Positions 1-11,215 of a stretch of 64,000 nt of DNA are shown here, piece by piece. How positions within the stretch are numbered: position 1 is the stretch's first letter; each line of letters begins with the position of its first letter. The stretch lies in the NCBI GenBank assembly GCA_964016885.1, contig OZ024741.1:199330001-199394000 (forward strand), read 5' to 3'. Position numbers and translations under genes: made by a program. The stretch comes from Eledone cirrhosa (Eukaryota). The notes beneath the pieces were generated by a model. The model did no database searches, had not been told where the DNA came from, and was given only the letters and a program-made list of their open reading frames with translations.

Positions 1-99
1 CACTCAGCATGGAAGTTACTAATTGGATGCCGGATTTGATGACCAATCCATGACAATCACTGGTTTCGTACCTGATTGTGACTGCTCTGTGTGTGTAAA

Positions 100-850
100 A
101 ATTCATCGATTTCCAGAAGGCTTTTGATAGTGTGGACAGAACTGCAATCTATAAATCTTGCGAGGCACCAGCCTCCAAGAGAAAATCATTGCTGCAATTG
201 AATGCCCATATGTTAATCAAACGGCTATAGTAAGTATCAATGGAAAACAATCTCCTGAATGTAATATAATGAAAGATATATTACAAAGAGAATCTTTAGC
301 ACCATATATATTTGTCATCATTATCGACCACATTCTAAAAGCAGCAGCGCATCCTGAAGATGACATTGAGCTCACGTCTGGTATCAAGTTATCAAACCTC
401 GCATTCGCAGATGACATTGCTTTAATTGTGCTTTCAATACGAAGCACACACACACACTGTTGGCCTGGAACTAAACGTCGCAAAAACTGAGGACGTGTTT
501 AAACATTGATAATGATAATGGAATATTGTAAATAATGCTAAACTCAGAAGAACAGTTTGCTTTATCTACTTAGGCTCAAAGGTTGTCAGCTGTAATCGTA
601 CTGGTGAGGAAAACATACTTCACAGAAGAGCATTAGCCTATAAGGAAATGAATGACCTTCAACAAATTTGGAAAGTGAGCATCATTATTATTCATTTGAA
701 GTTACAGATGTATAATACACCATGTCTGCCAGTGTTTCTTTATGGCTGTGAGACATGGATTGTGCAAAAGCTAAAACAAAAGTGAGCAGTGAACACATTT
801 CAAACAAATTGTCTGTGCATCATCTGTGACATAACATACCAATATCACAT
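100..850 (+). pseudogene. Degraded RTE-like LINE reverse transcriptase
   Basis: FIDFQKAFDSVDR, LAPYIFVIIIDHIL, LAFADDIAL, FLYGCETW motifs with frameshifts. Confidence 0.85.
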
Positions 851-997
851 AACAAATCCAGACCTATTTATACAAATGTAAATTGATAATCTGGATACAG
901 AGGGTGAAGATATCAAAACAGTTGTCTATAAATGTATTATTCCTCATTGATTTGAAATGGAACCTTTGCAATTGTTGGGCAGCTCACCACTATAATT

Positions 998-1303
998 ATT
1001 TAAACCGGCCATATCTGGCCAGAATTCTCCGACCTCTTTTTGTTCAAACTGGCTGTAACTAGCCACTCATACTGATGTTAAGGTATTGTTCTCAAAATAA
1101 ATAATTGTTTCTATTTTAGGCACAAGGCCAGCAATACCCAGTACATTACTGGTACTTTACTTTATCGACCCCGTAAGGATGAAAGGCAAAGTTAACCTCG
1201 GCGAGTTCTCAAAATAAATAATATCAAAATCTCAGAGATTTGATAACATGTGAGATAGAAAATATAATAGTATATATAGGGTAAAGTAAATGCTAAAGGG
1301 TTG
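998..1303. mobile_element. piggyBac-type MITE with a SINE fragment inserted at ~1100-1207
   Basis: Ends AAATGCTAAAGGGTT; left part is the reverse complement of 39375-39470; end resembles the TIR of the piggyBac at 27213. Confidence 0.55.
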
Positions 1304-1961
1304 ATCTTTGTTTTCTGTTGCAAACAAATATTATGGTATGGTATGGACGCATATTCCTGAGGGAGTTTTAGGGGTGCCATATTGACATACAGCATTTCTT
1401 AGGACATTTTAAAACCTGGTGTATCCCATCCCTTCTCCAGGCCTGAGTACAGCAGATTTCTTCCAGAGAAGGGTAGAGGGTGAGAGAAAGGAAGTGAGAA
1501 AGAGATACGAATGAAGAATCGACTGGTAGTTTTTTAATCGACCTCAAATAGATGAACGACAAAGTTGACCTTGGTGGAATTTGAACTGAGAGAGCAGAGA
1601 GCTGCAATTAATACTGCAAAGCACTCAGATGTTCTACCGACTCTGCTGATTCACTGCCTAAACAAATATAATAAGCCTCGGAAAATTTCACAGAGTTGCT
1701 TTCTGTATAAAGAACATCTAGTTAAGGCTGGGCACATAACTAGATATCTTGTTATGTTCTTTATCCCCAAGTCACACCTGATTGGACAGACCTATAAAGA
1801 AAGGCATTCTGGCTGTAACTACCTAGGACTCCATTTTTTAATATATCCTTCCCTTTTTTTTTTATTGTCATCAGTTGCTTCCCTTTACACCCATTCAGCT
1901 TTGCTTTTTTTTTTACCCACTCTGATGTTGAAAATAATAAGTGCAAAACAATATACCATAT

Positions 1962-2148
1962 AATTGTTTCTACTTTTGGCACCAGGCCAGCAATTATCCC
2001 AGTACATTACTGGTACTTTATTTTATCGACCCCGTAAGGATGAAAGGCAAAGTTAACCTTGGCGGGATTTGAACTCAGATCATAAAGGGAGGTAACTCTA
2101 TGCTTCAAAGCATGGCGTCCGACCCTCTACCGATACTGCCAATCCACC
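1962..2148 (-). mobile_element. tRNA-derived SINE family 1 (octopus OK-like)
   Basis: A box TGGCAGTATCGG, B box GAGTTCAAATCC, central GCCTTTCATCCTTACGGGGTCGATAAAA domain, ATT tail; many copies in the window. Confidence 0.9.
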
Positions 2149-2189
2149 AAAAGTCTATGAAGGTGGTGCCCCATCTTCGTTACTGTGTC

Positions 2190-2470
2190 ATCATCATTAT
2201 CATCATCATTTAACATCTATTTCCCATGCTTGCATGAGTTAGATGAGTTGTCATGAGGCTAGACAGATCAGATAATTGTTTTTTTGCTCATGTGTTTCAT
2301 TCTGGCATGGATGCCCTTCCTAACACCAACCACTTCATGGTGTATACCAGGTGTGTTTTCTCATGACACTGCCACTACCACCTGACTGGAGGCTTTTTAT
2401 TGTGGCAGTAGCACCACCGCTTGATAGTAATGTCTGAGTGCATTTTATTATGGCTCCAGCACTAACACTT
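2190..2470 (-). mobile_element. RTE 3'-UTR / RTE-tail SINE fragment
   Basis: (CAT)n tail, CCATGCTTGCATG, GGATGCCCTTCCTAACACCAACC shared with RTE 3' UTRs at 60.5 and 63.1 kb. Confidence 0.7.
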
Positions 2471-2829
2471 TACAACAGTAGGACACTTTTGTCCTTGACT
2501 AGGGTGGGTGGGCAAAATAGTATATCATTTTTCATACAGATTTGTGATATGGTATACATGTACACAAATACATATTTGGGTCTATATGCATATGTTTCTC
2601 CATATCTATTAAACGTTTTGATGCCAAATCCCTTAAAGTGCATCTTGTTCTATAATTCAAAACTATTTATTTTAAAGTGATTATATTTATCTAAAATCCT
2701 TCCATCACAATTTTTCCATAAGAACCAACTTATTAATGAGCAGATTAGTTATATTATTAAATAACTTCAAATTCTTGATTATTTTCAAAATTATTTGAAA
2801 TTCATAGGCAAGTGCCATTTATTAGAAAT

Positions 2830-3133
2830 ACTAGCAGAAAACCACCGTTCGGGTGGTTTTCTGCTAGCCTGTGTAGTGTGTATATTGATATTATACGCAG
2901 GTATATATACAGGTAGATATGATACATCAAATAAAATCGTAATTGACAATATACACAGAAATTGAATGAAGACCGCGTTACACTGTCTTATGTAATCAGT
3001 AATGTAATCCATGATACATTAAAAAAAGACGATATTATATATAAACTGCATTAGGAGAAAATTAGTGACAGAAAATTAGCATGTGATCGCCACCGGAAGT
3101 GTTGACATCACACACTCTCTCTTTCTATATATA
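2830..3133 (-). mobile_element. Non-autonomous Helitron/Helentron-like element
   Basis: Minus-strand 5' end (TA)n-AGAAAGAGAGAGTGTGTG; 3' end perfect 16-bp hairpin (2831-2867) ending CTAG|T. Confidence 0.55.
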
Positions 3134-3270
3134 TGGTAGTTGAAGTGGTGGTGGTGGTGGCAACGATATACTGGAAGTGCAACTTTGAAAAGAAGTCAAT
3201 TTTAAATTATTTTTGTTTACGAAATTTAGTAGATAAATTATGTAATATTCATTCATTATTTATTCAAAGT

Positions 3271-3460
3271 AAGGGCAGTGGATTGGCAGTATTGGTAGAG
3301 GGTCGGACGCCATGCTTTCCAGCATAGTTACGTCCCTTTACGATCTGAGTTCAAATCCCGCCGAGGTTGACTTTGCCTTTCATCCTTACGGGGTCGATAA
3401 AATAAAGTACCAGTAATGCACTGGGTAATTGCTGGCCTTGTGCCTAAAGTAGAAACAATT
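3271..3460 (+). mobile_element. SINE family 1, full length, with TSD
   Basis: Complete consensus; TSD ATTATTTATTCAAAGTAA on both sides. Confidence 0.92.
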
Positions 3461-3489
3461 ATTTATTCAAAGTAATCCAACTTATTTTA

Positions 3490-3990
3490 CTAACGGGATA
3501 AAAAAAGAATAAACCGTACGCAGTCCCACAGACCTTCCAAAGAGATAATATCCTGTGGGCACATGCTACTTACTGCACCTGAACATGAGTCACATATAAA
3601 TCCTACGTTCTTTGAGAGACTGCCTGTGATCCCATTACATCTCTTATGTGCGTATAGCTTGCATTTGGGACATAGAATGGAATTTTTACCTACTCCTTTC
3701 CTACACACTGAGCAAGGTTATTTCTCAGAGGGAATCTGGGCCCTATTTTCCTTTCTACAGACTTTAGTCTTTGACAAGTTAACTTTAAGACCCTTTGATT
3801 CTAGGCCATACTTCCAGGTTTGGAATTTTTTCTCTAATTTTGCCATAGATTCAGCTATGAGAGTTAGATCATCTGCATACAGAAATTCCCAGGGGCAGCC
3901 AGCCTTAAACTCTTCTGTTATAGCCTGTTGGGCAATAATAAAGAGGAGAAGGCAAGGACAGAGCCTTGATGAACACCTACCTGTACGCTG
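3490..3990 (-). pseudogene. RTE LINE fragment (RT C-terminus plus PHD-like finger), subfamily B
   Basis: GCPWEFLYADDL, KTKV, CRKGVGKNSILCPKCKLYAHKRC...CDSC. Confidence 0.85.
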
Positions 3991-4054
3991 GGTATGAATT
4001 CAAAGATCAGCTGCAAAAAGTCAACCACTTACTGTTTATGGACAACCTCAAGCT

Positions 4055-5690
4055 ATATACGATCTAGATGACCCTATGCAGTTAGTCCAGGTCCACACTG
4101 GCACATCTAGTTGGTACTGGCTGATCAGGTGCTTGAAGCTTTTGCACTCTTATCAACTACTACATCGCAATCCTAGTATGCATCTAAGATGCCATTCCAG
4201 TCCCCTGGTAACAGTAAAGGGCATTACGTTCCTAGAAAGGCTTCCAGGTACCTAAAGAAATCTGGCTGGCCAGCCCTGGTTGGTGCATAGATGGCCACCA
4301 GTCTAAAGGCACCAACTTTGCTATTGCTCACATCCAGGACCACCAACTTACCATCTGGGTCCAGGAAGATTGTTCTTGCCTTGAGATTCAGGCCTTTCCT
4401 AAACAGTACTGCCATTCCACCTCCTATTCTCAGATGACTAAGAGATGCGAAGATCTGATAGTTGTTGAAAATAGGGGCTAGTGTATATGTGTTAGAAATC
4501 CTTGTCTCATTGATGGCAGTCACATCCATATTTAGTGGCCTGAGGTTGTTCAACAAATGACTTTACTTCCAGGATGACCCCAGGCCAAGAACATTTATGT
4601 AACCCACTCTCATGATTGCTATGTTGATCAAGAGAAAAAGAAAGACAAGGTTACTTACCCTTCGGGAGGTTTAACCTCCATGTTTAGTGAGTGTTCTTTT
4701 GGGAACCCCTTTAAAAGTCTGCTGGTTGGTCTTATGTTGGGGGTTTCTATGTAGAAGAATCTCCAAATCCACCTCAGACCAGTCCTCTCTAGGCATTTTT
4801 CTTATGTCTATGAGGGCACCATCGGTACCCTCCTTGATCACACATCCCAGGAACCACCATAAATCCAGTCCTGGTGTGATCTTAGGAATGTGAACCTTTA
4901 TTGTTCTTCTGCCCATGTTGGATGAGTGCATTACAGTGTGGTCCATTCCACAGGGGGCCACCTACTGTTTAATGGCAAGAGCCTCGGTTTTGAACAGCAC
5001 CGAGATTGTGCTCAACTGTTTGCCCCTTGCTATGTATTTTATGTTTTCTATGATGTATTTTAGTGCAGCCTCCACTTCAGAATGGGAGCCAGTTCTGCTT
5101 TGCGGGTTTGGACTGAAATTCATCTATAAATCAATGTTCTTCATTGCATTGCTGCCATTACTAAGGCTGCGATGGTTAGGTTGGCCCAGGTTCTTTCTCA
5201 CTTAATTATTTTCCATGCCTGGGCCAACTTTTCTTCCTTGTCTGATATATCCACATGGGAGAATTGTTTTATTTTAGCAGCCACAGCTGCGAATATGTTG
5301 TTGTTGTTGTTGTTCATTCTGTTGTTGTTGTTGTTAGTGATGTTATTCGGCTTGTCACCATCATTCTTTCTCTTGTTGTTGGTATTGTTGCTGTATTTTT
5401 CTTTCACTTGTTTCAATGTTGCTATAGCTGTTAGTGCTGTTATTGTTCATGTGATTGTTGTTGAAGCTAGTGTTTTCCTTAGCTTTATTTCTGTTGTTGT
5501 AGGTATTGTTGTTGTTGTTGTTGTTGTTGGTGTTGTCATTCTTCTTGCTGTTCTTTTCACTTATATTGTTGTTTTTGCAATTGCTGTTGTTGTTACTGCT
5601 CTTGTTGTTCTTACCATTAATAAAAATACATTTTCTTCATTATTTTCATTATCATGCTTGTTGACAGCCAATATTAAATTGGCTCGCTGA
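4055..5690 (-). mobile_element. Tx1/L1-like LINE 5' part: Asn-rich ORF1 remnant and AP-endonuclease of ORF2 (ATG at 4613)
   Basis: MRVGYINVLGLG, AINETR, GGGMAVLFRK, FRLVAIYAP, GDWNGIL APE motifs; ORF1 pieces at 4671-5650. Confidence 0.8.
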
Positions 5691-5964
5691 CTCTCTATAT
5701 GAACAGTTTCGGAGATGTGTCATGATGTCTCCATGGCTGATTCAGACAACAAAATATATATATGACAAATGAAATTTGCTGTTAGACAACTCCCATAGAG
5801 GTGTCTTTCAACACAAAACATTCTACCTGCAGGAAGCAGGTAGACTTAACTAAACTTTTATTAAGTTTAAAACTTAAATAAAAGTTTAGAGAAGCCAAAA
5901 AAAAAAAGAGAATAAAATTCCTTGAAAATACTGGAGCCGATGTTATGTGGGGCTTTTGCTCAGA

Positions 5965-7030
5965 GAGCAAATAATAATAATGATTTCTTTATTATTGGCC
6001 ACAAGAGCCGGACATAGAAGGTGATAACCACCTTGATTTCTGAGATGTTGTTCACATATGCTGACACAGCGCTTCTGTATCCTGGTCTGAGCAGGAGGCC
6101 CTGCAACAGTTTCCGCGCTCTGCAGTAAAGGTTTGAGAGTCAATACGTACAGAAGGGAGAGAGAGAGAGAGCACCCTCGATGGACTAATTGTGTGATCTG
6201 AAATGTTTCCGAATGATAGCCATTTATTTTGATCACTGAGCAGATGTCTCTGTATATTGCATAGATCCAACCTTTGAAGACAGGACCGAAGCCAGCTTCC
6301 TTAAGGACAGCCTACAGGTATCAAAAACATTTGTTTGATCTAAATTGATCATAGTCTCACCAAAGCCAGGTTTATTCCCTATCCTCACTATGATGTATCG
6401 CATGAGGTAGAGGTTGTTATTGTGTATGGACCTGATCAGTATTGTGCAGGTCTATGCATCACCTACCAGACCCTCAACAACGAGTCGAGCATGTTGGTGT
6501 GTGGGAAGATGTTTTTTTCTTTTTGAGTTCCCATTTTTGCTTTTGTTTTTTGGGTTCGCCCTCATCGTCACTTAGGGATGAGGAAGAACTACTGTCTGGG
6601 GACTCTGTGTCAGAGGGGAGTGGGAGTGTATTTATGTTGTTATTGTTGATGTCGTTGCTGCTGTTGTCGTTGGTCATGTATTCTGTTGTTCTGGTTTGTT
6701 TTGTTTTTGTTGTTATTTTTAATACTGCCTAAATTGGTGCTAGTTTTCATCATGGCGGTGTCACTTAGCTCTTCCCTCAGGCTGCTGTCACATGACAGCT
6801 GGCTTAACATTGGGAGGTGAGCTCCATCCATGTTTTTTTTTTGTTTCCGTAAATTTTTTTTTTTCAAACAAAATAAAGTTCGAATAGTTGGCCGTTTGGC
6901 CCAAATATTGTGGGGGTCTCCTTTCTTAGGGACAAAGACTTATGTCCCTTATTCAACAAAATATTTGGACAAAATACCAATTTAATCAACTTAAATCCAC
7001 CAACCTGCAAGAGCCCAGAATCTTGCACAT
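5965..7030 (-). mobile_element. Internally deleted Tx1/L1-like LINE (low-complexity ORF1 piece, RT fragment, 3' tail)
   Basis: IHNNLYLMRYII, AGFGPVFKGWI, VIKINGYHSETFQI...RGCSLS..LYVL; 3' end like that at 13110. Confidence 0.75.
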
Positions 7031-7034
7031 TCAA

Positions 7035-8260
7035 ATAATAATAATAATGATAATAGTAAAAATGATTTCTGATTTAGGCACAAAGCCAACAATTTGGGGG
7101 AAGGGGAAAGTCAATTAAATAGACCTCAGTGTGTTACTGGTACTTTATTTTATCAACCCCCTAAGGATGAAAAGCAAATCTAATCCTGGTGGGACTTGAA
7201 CTTAGAACACAAAGGGCCATTACTATATGCCACAAAGCATATAATAATAATTGTTTCCACTTTTGGCACAAGGCCAGCATTACCCAGTGCATTACTGGTA
7301 CTCTATTTTATCGACCCCGTAAGGATGAAAGGCAAAGTTAACCTCGGCGGGATTTGAACTCAGAATGGCAAGGGCCTTAACTCTATGCGTCAAAGCATAT
7401 AATAATAATGATTTTTACTATAGGCACAAGGCCAGTAATTTGGAGGAAGAGGAAAGTTGATTAAATTGACCCCAATACGTTACTGGTGCTTTATTTTATT
7501 GACCCCGTAAGGATGAAAAGCAAAGCTAATCCTAGTGGGATTTGAACTCAGAACGTAAAGGGCCATTACTGTATGTCACAAAGCATATAATGATAATAAT
7601 AATAATAATAGTAATAATTGTTTCTACGATAGGCACAAGGCCAGCAATTACCCAGTGCATTACTGGTACTTTATTTTATCGACCCCGTAATAATAATAGT
7701 AATAATTGTTTCTACTTTAGGCACAAGGCCAGCAATTACCCAGTGCATTACTGGTACTTTATTTTATCGACCCCGTAAGGATGAAAGGCAAAGTAATAAT
7801 GGTTTCTTATAGTAATAATAATGGTTTCTTATATAGGCACAAGGCCAGCAATTTTGGGGGAGGGGAGAGTCAATTAAATCGATCCTAGTGCGTGAATGGT
7901 GCTTTATTTATCGACCCCGTAAGGATGAAAGGCAAAGTTAACCTCAGCGGGATTTGAACTCAGATCATAAAGGGCCCTAACTCTTTGCTGCAAAGGATAG
8001 CGTCCGACTCTCTACCGGTACTGTCAATCCACTGCCCTAGTAATAATAATAATAATAATAATAATAATGATAATAATTGTTTCTACGTTAGGCACAAGGC
8101 CAGCAAATACCCCAGTGTATTACTGGTACTTTATTTTATCGACCCCGTAAGGATGAAAGGCAAAGTTAACCTCGGCGGGATTTGAACTCAGACCGTAAAG
8201 CATGGCGTCCGACCCTCTACCGATACTGCCAATCCACCGCCCTTAATAATAATAATAATG
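7035..8260 (-). mobile_element. Head-to-tail cluster of about 8 SINE family 1 copies separated by (AAT)n
   Basis: Repeated GGCACAAGGCCAGCAATT...ACCCCGTAAGGATGAAAGGCAAAG units, all in one orientation. Confidence 0.9.
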
Positions 8261-8454
8261 TTAAAAAAATAAGTAGTGAAAATATATTAATTTCTGGGAG
8301 GAAGTTGTGTTGCTGTGGAGGAGATAGCAATGATAAATCTGATCTGAGAAGTTCATTAGTCAGGAACTTAGTGAGAGAGTAAACCTATACATTCCATTTG
8401 TGCGCTGCTGATCTCTTCTCTGCTTACCATATTTCTCAACCTGTTGATTGGTTG

Positions 8455-8630
8455 TGGTTATTATTATTATTGCTTTCTGCTGTCATTGAAATTTGAGGCA
8501 GCACACCTCTTACATACAATCCATCACTATCACCTGCATTATTATTATTACTGCTGCTGCAATTGCTGCTACTACTACTACTACTACTACTACTACTGCT
8601 GCTACTACTACTGCTGCTGCTGCTGCTGCA
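8455..8630. repeat. Compound (TAT)/(TAC)/(TGC) microsatellite
   Basis: Direct reading. Confidence 0.9.
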
Positions 8631-8694
8631 TAACTGAATCCTGTAATATTGTATTATATTGCAACTCTTTACATTCCGTTACTATATATATATA

Positions 8695-9551
8695 TAAATG
8701 AAAATAGAGAAATTAATGTGAGCAAGAAGCCAACAGCAATTCATACATATAAGTGACTATTACGTCAAGATGGAAAATATTTAACGTAAGATATGGGAAA
8801 ATAATTCAATCCCAATTCAAAAAAAGTCAAGACAGAAATTTTATCCACAGATTTTGTGTAATCCAGGGAAAAAAAACCAATAGAATCTTAACTCAGAATA
8901 AAATTAAGAGTAAATACTTATCCTTCAATTTGGAAAAACTACAAATGCTCTATATAGTCTTAAAAAGACTATTTCACGAAACTTTTCAGTGGGGTTAGTC
9001 ACGGTTGGAGTCGTTCATCAGTAGAGCTCAACACGATAACCAAAGCCACTGCTAAAATATGCTAAAAGAGAATTTAAAAGCAGGCTAGTTACACCTCGTG
9101 TGGAATTAAGATAACAAAACATACATGGAGAACAGGGCTAGTGACATCAGAATGAGACGAATGACTGTTTACAAGAAACAGCAGTCAAAACATTCCGAAA
9201 AAAAAACTCAACAAAAGATATGGAGTTCAGCATAAAGCAATATTATCGCGGTTTTTTTTTTAAACCGGGATTAGTCACAAATAATTTTAAGCACTCTAGG
9301 AAAAATTCCGTGTATAAATATAAATGAAAATAGAGAAATTAATGTAAGCAAGAAGCAGTAATTCAGACATATAAGTGACTATTACGTCAAGATGGAAAAT
9401 ATTTAACGTAAGATATGGGAAAATAATTCAATTCCAATTCAAAATAAGTCAAGACAGAAATTTTATCCACAGATTTTGTGTAATCCAGGGAAAAAACCAA
9501 TAGAATCTTAACTCAGAATAAAATTAAGAGTAAATACTTATCCTTCAATTT
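8695..9551 (-). mobile_element. Non-coding hammerhead-carrying element with ~235-bp terminal direct repeats (retrozyme or non-autonomous Penelope-like)
   Basis: 8695-8931 is repeated at 9321-9551 (period 626 bp); hammerhead in the unique part; flanked by (TA)n and A-run/(TA)n. Confidence 0.65.
8947..9027 (-). ncRNA. Type I hammerhead ribozyme
   Basis: Minus strand reads GCUCUA-CUGAUGA-ACGA(31-nt loop)UCGU-GAAA-UAGUC-UUUUUAA-GACUA-UA^UAGAGC: intact core, and stems I, II and III all Watson-Crick paired. Confidence 0.85.
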
Positions 9552-9552
9552 A

Positions 9553-9601
<49 letters not shown>

Positions 9602-9627
9602 GTATATATTTTCATAATATATATATA

Positions 9628-9955
9628 TATCATCATCATCATTTTACGTCCGCTTTTTCCCTGCTTGCAAGGGTGGGATGGGAACTGATTCTGGGTTGAT
9701 TTCTACAGTTGGATGCCCTTCCTAACACCAACCTCTTTTACAGTGAGTGCTGGGTGCTTTTTTTCCATGGCACCTCCACGACCACTTTACAGTGGAATGA
9801 TAGGGACCCCAGTCCTATCATCTTATTTCTACAGCTGAGTAAACTGGAGCAATGTGAAATAAAGTGGACACAACGCATCACCCGGTCTGAGAATTGAACT
9901 CACAACCTTTCGATTGCAAGGCCAGTGCTCTAACCACTAAGCCATGTGTCTCCAT
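9628..9955 (-). mobile_element. tRNA-derived SINE family 2 (CORE/V-like central part, RTE-type 3' tail)
   Basis: TGGCTTAGTGG A box, GAGTTCAATTC B box, CACATTGCTCCAGTTTACTCAGCTGT core, tail GCGGACGTAAAA(TGA)n as in RTE copies. Confidence 0.85.
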
Positions 9956-10011
9956 ATATATATATTAAACAATAGAATGGAACTGTGTGTTTACCAATAA
10001 ATATTATTTAG

Positions 10012-10165
10012 AAAACGTGAGTGAAAACATAAACACAAGGACAATTCCTGCTTATCAACTGTCTTCTGTTGATCACTTTTAATGCATTTGAAACTTTAGT
10101 GATCCAGAAACGACAGCTGATGAGCAGAAATTGTCCTTGTGTTTGTATTTTCATTCTCATTTTAT
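10012..10165. repeat. Imperfect ~150-bp palindrome (MITE-like foldback)
   Basis: AAACACAAGGACAATT...GATCACT / AGTGATC...AATTGTCCTTGTGTTT. Confidence 0.8.
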
Positions 10166-10454
10166 ATATGTTATTAATACAGATTAAAGTTTAAGCAAAG
10201 AATTTCTGCTTTCACCCTAAACGGGATCTTCTGAAACTGAGAAAAATCAATCTGTAGATGCTGAAGTAAATATTTCAAAAAACATTACAACAAAAAGAAA
10301 ACAGGAAGACATAACAGTGGTATGTGAAGATATTCTCTTGCAATGAATGAAATATATGCAAAGATAATTACATCATTATGTGGAGCAAGAAGAACAATTC
10401 TTTGCTATGAAAAAAACATTTTTGCTATGAAATACATTCTATATTTAGGGCTTT

Positions 10455-10905
10455 TAACATCTCAGGCTGAATTTCATCTCCCTAGCAGCCAAGCCACATT
10501 TGCTCTTGTGACCTCAGACTCTGAGAGATTAGTCATTGCTCCCAGATGCACCTCATGTACATCAGAAGATTCGGTTGTAATCGGGTTTAGGAGATCAGCA
10601 AAGTATTCTCACCACCTGATGAGGAGAACTCTGAAAGAACACAGCTCCAGTACTATGGACATATGGTTAGAATGTCTCAAGAAAGAATCGCTGGGCAGAT
10701 TTTACTGGCAAAACCAACTGGCAGGAGACCCTAGATGTTAGATGACAGCCATGAACTCAGAAGGTCTTGTTTGAGGATCCAGCCGGATCGGTTAGAGATG
10801 GTTGCTTCTGACAGGAACCACTGGAAGGAGTGTTTGAGGACTCTGCCCCAACAATCCTCTCAGAAATAAGTGGGCAAAGAATCATCATCATCATCATCAT
10901 CATCA
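10455..10905 (+). mobile_element. RTE family C 3' end preceded by an inverted internal segment
   Basis: ~10640-10885 matches 29975-30220 and 55200-55440; ~10510-10570 is the reverse complement of 29060-29120. Confidence 0.75.
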
Positions 10906-10999
10906 AGGTATTGGATGACTTACTTAGTTTTAACTCATTGGATAGTCAACTCTATTTAATTTTAATCAAAAAGAGTGGTTGATGATATTTGTATATGAA

Positions 11000-11215
11000 G
11001 AGTGGTAGATTGGTAGGGCAATACATAAAATGCCATTGCTGTATTTGTTCTGGCTATTTACATTCTGAGTTCAAATTCTGCCTGGCTTAACTTTGCATTT
11101 CATCTTTCTGGTGTTGATAAAATGAAGTACCTGTCAAGTACTGGTGTTGATTTCATCAACTTTGCTCTCCACCCAAAATTTCTGGCCTTTGTGCCTAAAT
11201 TAGAAATCAATATTT
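11000..11215 (+). mobile_element. Older SINE family 1 copy
   Basis: CTGAGTTCAAATTC, CTTTGCATTTCATC, GGCCTTTGTGCCTAAATTAGAAA. Confidence 0.7.

Noticed and set aside
5172-5690. 172-aa hydrophobic ORF on the + strand, and similar ORFs at 8444, 12573 and 25048
   Set aside because: Translations of microsatellites or antisense of TE frames
9880-9955. tRNA-like sequence
   Set aside because: It is the head of SINE family 2; no acceptor stem
10115-10135. CTGATGAGCAGAAA
   Set aside because: No stem II; it is one arm of a palindrome
10183-10320. Candidate exon with CAG acceptor and GTATGT donor
   Set aside because: Stop codons in all three frames
10610-10655. CTGATGA-GGAGAACTCT-GAAA hammerhead-like core
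   Set aside because: Stem I cannot form and stem III has only 2 bp; it lies at an RTE inversion junction
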